Part shown: one piece after another, positions 60,314 through 64,000 of the stretch
Position numbering within the stretch: the first letter of the stretch is position 1
How the letters are laid out: the number at the start of each line of letters is the position of its first letter
DNA from: Candidatus Poribacteria bacterium
GTDB taxonomy: Bacteria > Poribacteria > WGA-4E > WGA-3G
NCBI GenBank assembly: GCA_965198235.1
Contig: OZ240248.1
Span: 4,576,001-4,640,000, forward strand
DNA: 64,000 nucleotides
Direction of reading: 5' to 3'
The notes under the pieces: model-generated
Told to the model about the DNA's origin: nothing
Databases searched by the model: none
The model's input: only the letters and a program-made list of their open reading frames with translations
Translations under genes and position numbers: made by a program

Positions 60314-60751
60314 ATCTTTTTTGGCTTTCAAACGCAATGCCCGCCTACATCCCGCAAGCTAAAGCATGGGGTCTTGGCGGGAAGATTGATAAAAAATTAA
60401 AGAGTTCCAGTGGATCGCTTAGTCGTTTGTTCCAAGCAGAATTTGACAATCAAGAACTTGTTACCGAGTTGTACCTCAGCACGTTAAATCGGTTTCCGAC
60501 GGATACGGAACTTGAAACGGCTGAAGCATATATCGCTGAGAGCCCGGAGCGTCGTTCAGGGTCTGAGGATCTCCTATGGGCACTCATCTCATCAAGAGCA
60601 TTTCTCTTTATCCAGTAAACTAACACTGGATAATCCTTATGGTGAGGCATCGAAGCCTTACCATTTCCACCCCATAAGTTATAGAGCGAGGTCCTGTCCT
60701 CGTGTCTTGTAATCGTGTAACTCTCAACCAGAATCAACAACGGAGGACATA

Positions 60752-61546
60752 ATGATGATACACTTCAGGCGTTATTTCACATTTAGTTTTTCTGTGCTGT
60801 TCCTGCTCGGAAGCCTCGTAATGCCAGTGTTGGGACAGGGAGAAAAAAAGGAAGATCTGATTGGACATTGGACTTTTGAAAAGGGTGCCGAATTGGAGGA
60901 CCTGACAGGTCACTTTAGCGAGATTGATCTCTTAGGTGCCGATGTGAAGGACGGGAAATTACGCATTGGCAGCAATAAGTGGGCAATGACTACAGGCTAT
61001 AAAGGACCTGACATCGGTCCAGACAAAACATTGGTAACGTGGATCTATTTAGATGATCTAAACGTCACAAGAGGTGCCACGCTGGCGGTCAATAAAAGCA
61101 GTGGGGATACCTTTGACGCGATCGTCTATGCGGAACGCCAACCGAAACGTTGGATGGCTGGTAGCAGCCACTTTAGACGCACCCAGGATGCGAACCCCGG
61201 ATTTGAGGAAAAACAGACCGGGAAACTGATTCAACTGGCGATTTCGTATGAAGATGATGGTGGGAACGCGAAGATTACGATATACCGCAATGGCGATGTC
61301 ATCGGTGATTATACGATGGGACCGATTGTCTCTTGGGAAGCCGGTGATGTGGAAGCACTTTTCGGTCCGCGTGCTCTCATCGGTGGCACCGCCTACGGTT
61401 GGGTCGTCGCGCGCGTGGAAGATGCGAGAATCTACAACGCCGTTCTCGACGAGAAAGAAATTAACAGTTTAGTTGAGAACACTTTGGATGTTGAAGCCCA
61501 TGGTAAACTCGCGGCGACGTGGGGAAGGTTGAAACTTTCCAAATAG
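60752..61546 (+). CDS. Secreted LamG-like jellyroll protein with a C-terminal V-x-x-x-GKLA-x-TWG-x-LK motif
   Basis: Signal peptide; LIGHWTFE, TLVTWIY, IYRNG, EDARIYNAVL; C-terminus LDVEAHGKLAATWGRLK. Confidence 0.8.
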   Translation: MMIHFRRYFTFSFSVLFLLGSLVMPVLGQGEKKEDLIGHWTFEKGAELEDLTGHFSEIDLLGADVKDGKLRIGSNKWAMTTGYKGPDIGPDKTLVTWIYLDDLNVTRGATLAVNKSSGDTFDAIVYAERQPKRWMAGSSHFRRTQDANPGFEEKQTGKLIQLAISYEDDGGNAKITIYRNGDVIGDYTMGPIVSWEAGDVEALFGPRALIGGTAYGWVVARVEDARIYNAVLDEKEINSLVENTLDVEAHGKLAATWGRLKLSK

Positions 61547-61563
61547 GGGCTTGATAGAAGGTA

Positions 61564-61608
61564 AAACGCCGTGGGAAGAGATTATTGCATCTCATCCTAC
61601 GGCGTTTT
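61564..61608. terminator. Probable bidirectional terminator
   Basis: AAAACGCCGTGGGA...TCCTACGGCGTTTT between convergent genes. Confidence 0.7.
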
Positions 61609-61624
61609 GTCTGTTTTTGTGACC

Positions 61625-62164
61625 TTACGATTCACCGTTCTTTGTTAACCGTGCAACGATTTCTTCCACGGCACCCTCTGCACGCTCCCGAATCTGATCC
61701 GCTGTCAGACTCTGGATCGGATGCGGGACGGTGAGTGGTTCCAATTCACTGTGACCCAGGACTCGCGCTTGCACTTTACCTGCAGCGAAAAAGACTTCCG
61801 TACAAACCGCGACGCTTGGGACTCCACGTTCCTCTAAGGCAGTTCCGTCGTGCATACTGCACGATATACAGGATCCTCAGTCGGCAAGCCCTTCAATGAC
61901 GAAATCTGCCTGCTCCGCCAGTTCAACGAGCAATTCCGTCGGCGCGGGACGCGAGAACGTCGGTTTTTTAACGTGAATTACTTCGGCAAGATCAAATCGT
62001 TCCTGCATTAATTCAGCAATGCGGTCGAGGAAGATATCACTGCCGTTTTTCGTGATGTTCAGTAAGCCCATCACTTTTCCATCAAGGCTATCGAGCCTCG
62101 GCGAGAGAAATTTCGCAGATGCATCGCCTTGAGAGGTTGGATCGAGTAAAGTAGTATTTGGCAT
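61625..62164 (-). CDS. UGSC-family selenoprotein (179 aa, Sec at TGA 61877-61879)
   Basis: The two ORF-track fragments are in frame and read ...IEGLAD-TGA-GSCISCSMHDG...; a TCGTGCA-GTA-TGCACGA hairpin follows the TGA. Confidence 0.88.
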
Positions 62165-62188
62165 TATGAAAACCTCAACAGTAAGAGA

Positions 62189-62521
62189 TTAGGTAGATGA
62201 ACCGGATGCTTCCATCTGCAACTCCTGCGACTTTGCCATCGCATCTTCTGCTTCTTGGATCATCCCTTTTCGTTGGTAACACATAGATAGACTGGTATAC
62301 ACAAGCGGATCCTTCGGGTTGATTTCTATCGCCTTCTGGATCGCCTCAATGGCTTCATCGTATAGACTCATCCGTTCATAGGCGTGTCCCAACCCAAGGA
62401 ATCCTTCGATATAGTCTGGGTAAATCTCAATCAATTCTTTAAAAGCATTAACAGCCGCTTCGAGGTCGTTTTCAGCAAAATGAGTGAGCGCGGCATCGTA
62501 AAGTTCCGCTTCGGTCGGCAT
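62189..62521 (-). CDS. Small TPR-repeat protein
   Basis: GLGHAYERMSLYDEAIEAIQKAIEINP and flanking TPR helices. Confidence 0.85.
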   Translation of the reverse strand: MPTEAELYDAALTHFAENDLEAAVNAFKELIEIYPDYIEGFLGLGHAYERMSLYDEAIEAIQKAIEINPKDPLVYTSLSMCYQRKGMIQEAEDAMAKSQELQMEASGSST

Positions 62522-62681
62522 CTTTTGCGTCCTTTGAGGTGAAGGTTTGACAAAATTCTATCAGAAAAGGCAGTAAATGTCAAACATAAAATAGTTCTGA
62601 AAAATCGATTGCACACCGATCCGTTTTGCGATATGCTATGCGTATATTCTTTGTTAATCTCTTATTAAGGAGCTCCGAAGT

Positions 62682-63422
62682 TTGCACAATTACGCCGAAA
62701 TTATTGAACGCTTAAAACACTTAGACATGCCAATAGAACTACTCGGCACTGCCCACACCAAAGAAAATTTTAATTGGCCGATATATCAGATCCACTTAGC
62801 ATCTTCGGTAGAGACACCGAAACACGTTCTTATCACTGGTGGTCTGCACGGCGATGAACCCGCTGGTGTTGAGGCAGTTTTACAGTTCCTTGAGCGTGAT
62901 AACACCGCACTCCTGAAAGATTTCTCGTTTTTAGTGATCCCGTGCATTAATCCCTACGGTTACGTTCATAACACGCGTGAGACGCTTAACGACATAGACA
63001 TCAATCGCGCTTTTGAAACAGAAGATGTTGCCGAAGTCGCTATCGTCAAAAAAGCCCTCGGTCAGATCCGATTCTCACTCGCGATAGATTTCCACGAAGA
63101 CTACGATGCAACTGGGTTTTACCTCTACGAGGGCAAGCGGGACGAGCAATATATAGGTCCAAAACTCGCCATCGCTGGCAAAGCAATTGGCGCAATAGAT
63201 CCCGATGATCCCGGTGAAGATGCTCCCGATCTTGCTGAAGGTGTCTACAAAGTTGCTACCTCGTGGGGAACGCAAGGCTTGGCTCCTTACCTGTTGCATT
63301 TTCATAGTGAACATGTTATTATCTCCGAGACACCGACAGTCTGGCAACTTGAAAAACGTGTCGCGCTTCATTTAACCATATTGGATACTGCACTCAATAC
63401 TATATCAGAGAAGGGAGTATAA
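62682..63422 (+). CDS. M14-type metallocarboxypeptidase / AstE-AspA family protein
   Basis: HGDE, NPYG, DINR, DFHE and ETP motifs; AGGAG before a TTG start. Confidence 0.85.
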   Translation: MHNYAEIIERLKHLDMPIELLGTAHTKENFNWPIYQIHLASSVETPKHVLITGGLHGDEPAGVEAVLQFLERDNTALLKDFSFLVIPCINPYGYVHNTRETLNDIDINRAFETEDVAEVAIVKKALGQIRFSLAIDFHEDYDATGFYLYEGKRDEQYIGPKLAIAGKAIGAIDPDDPGEDAPDLAEGVYKVATSWGTQGLAPYLLHFHSEHVIISETPTVWQLEKRVALHLTILDTALNTISEKGV

Positions 63423-64000
63423 ATGGAAGATCAACAGATACTATCGAATGTCAGGACTGCTTCTCAGCCTTCGGCACTAAAAATCACTGACATGCGTATT
63501 GTCCGAACCCAAACAGGCGGACCTATCTTGAAACTGGACACAAATCAAGGTATTCACGGTCTCGGTGAGGTCCGCGATGGTGCGAGTCCGACGTATGCCT
63601 TGATGCTCAAAAGCCGTATTATCGGCGAAAATCCGTGTAACGTTGATAAAATCTTTCGACAGATTAAGCAGTTCGGTCACCACGCGCGGCAAGGCGGTGG
63701 TATCTGCGGGATTGAAATGGCACTGATGGACCTGGCTGGTAAGGCGTACGGGGTGCCGTGCTATCAACTCGCTGGCGGTAAATTCCGGGACAAAATCCGA
63801 TGCTATAGCGATACTCCCTCCCTCAGAGATCCCGAAGAGATGGGGAAAGTCCTCCAAGAACGCATTGACAGGGGGTTCACCTTCCTGAAAATGGACATCG
63901 GCGTTGGACTGCTTCGCGGGACTCCCGGCACAATCTCTGCACCAGCGGGAAATTTAGAAACCTCTAATCTGATGCACCCCTTTACCGGCATCCGTCTAAC
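63423..64000 (+). CDS. Mandelate racemase/muconate lactonizing enzyme family protein, 5' part only
   Basis: Manual translation MEDQQILSNVRTASQPSALKITD...DTNQGIHGLGE...IEMALMDLAGKAYGVPCYQLAGGKFRDKIR...FLKMD; GGGAG RBS. Confidence 0.88.
   Translation, partial: MEDQQILSNVRTASQPSALKITDMRIVRTQTGGPILKLDTNQGIHGLGEVRDGASPTYALMLKSRIIGENPCNVDKIFRQIKQFGHHARQGGGICGIEMALMDLAGKAYGVPCYQLAGGKFRDKIRCYSDTPSLRDPEEMGKVLQERIDRGFTFLKMDIGVGLLRGTPGTISAPAGNLETSNLMHPFTGIRL

Larger units (their letters stand above)
58945..60388 (-). mobile_element. tnpB-only IS200/IS605-family element 3
   Basis: Right end ...TGGGTGCTATCAC with hairpin CCACAACC-TAAA-GGTTGGGG; left-end hairpin CCCGCAAGC-TAAA-GCATGGGG; left end preceded by TTTAT on the minus strand. 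Confidence 0.85.
58692..60618 (+). pseudogene. Exported DUF1549/DUF1553-like gene interrupted by tnpB element 3, with most of its middle apparently missing
   Basis: 5' part 58692-58944 has a signal peptide and ends VKFLKDVAPIL; 3' part 60389-60618 reads ...VTELYLSTLNRFPTDTE...EDLLWALISSRAFLFIQ*. Confidence 0.7.

Noticed and set aside
61877-61879. Nonsense mutation or alternative genetic code at this TGA
   Set aside because: It falls exactly at the U of a UGSC motif with a downstream hairpin, and TGA acts as a normal stop in other genes here

Overview
Bacterial chromosome segment, probably from Candidatus Poribacteria or a relative. This taxon is inferred from the LamG protein ending LDVEAHGKLAATWGRLK, a dockerin-like protein and a DUF1553-like remnant, not from a database match. 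Most of the window is housekeeping: hisI-trpE-trpG, panB, sucC/pgk/proS/sucD, the yceD-rpmF-fab cluster with hicAB and folK, hom, tRNA-Pro, degP, an EF-G paralogue, rpoBC, fumC and lon. It also holds three tnpB-only IS200/IS605 elements and several small repeat families. Most notable: (1) RpoB and RpoC are greatly enlarged by about 19 extra copies of a ~35-40-aa module that resembles a native beta-prime segment, about 12 of them in a ~640-aa trigger-loop insertion, and RpoB also carries a probable dead restriction-endonuclease-fold domain and altered rifamycin-pocket residues. (2) An unannotated leader peptide with an HWHWW core and full attenuator geometry precedes a mixed his/trp operon. (3) Two divergent tnpB genes share a pseudoknotted 5' leader RNA with compensatory base changes, and both elements sit at apparent TTTAT-to-TTTAT deletions. 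(4) A cobalamin riboswitch controls three uncharacterised envelope genes, including an ECF-S-like fusion. (5) A UGSC selenoprotein is split in two by the ORF track. All calls come from reading the sequence by eye; no searches were run.
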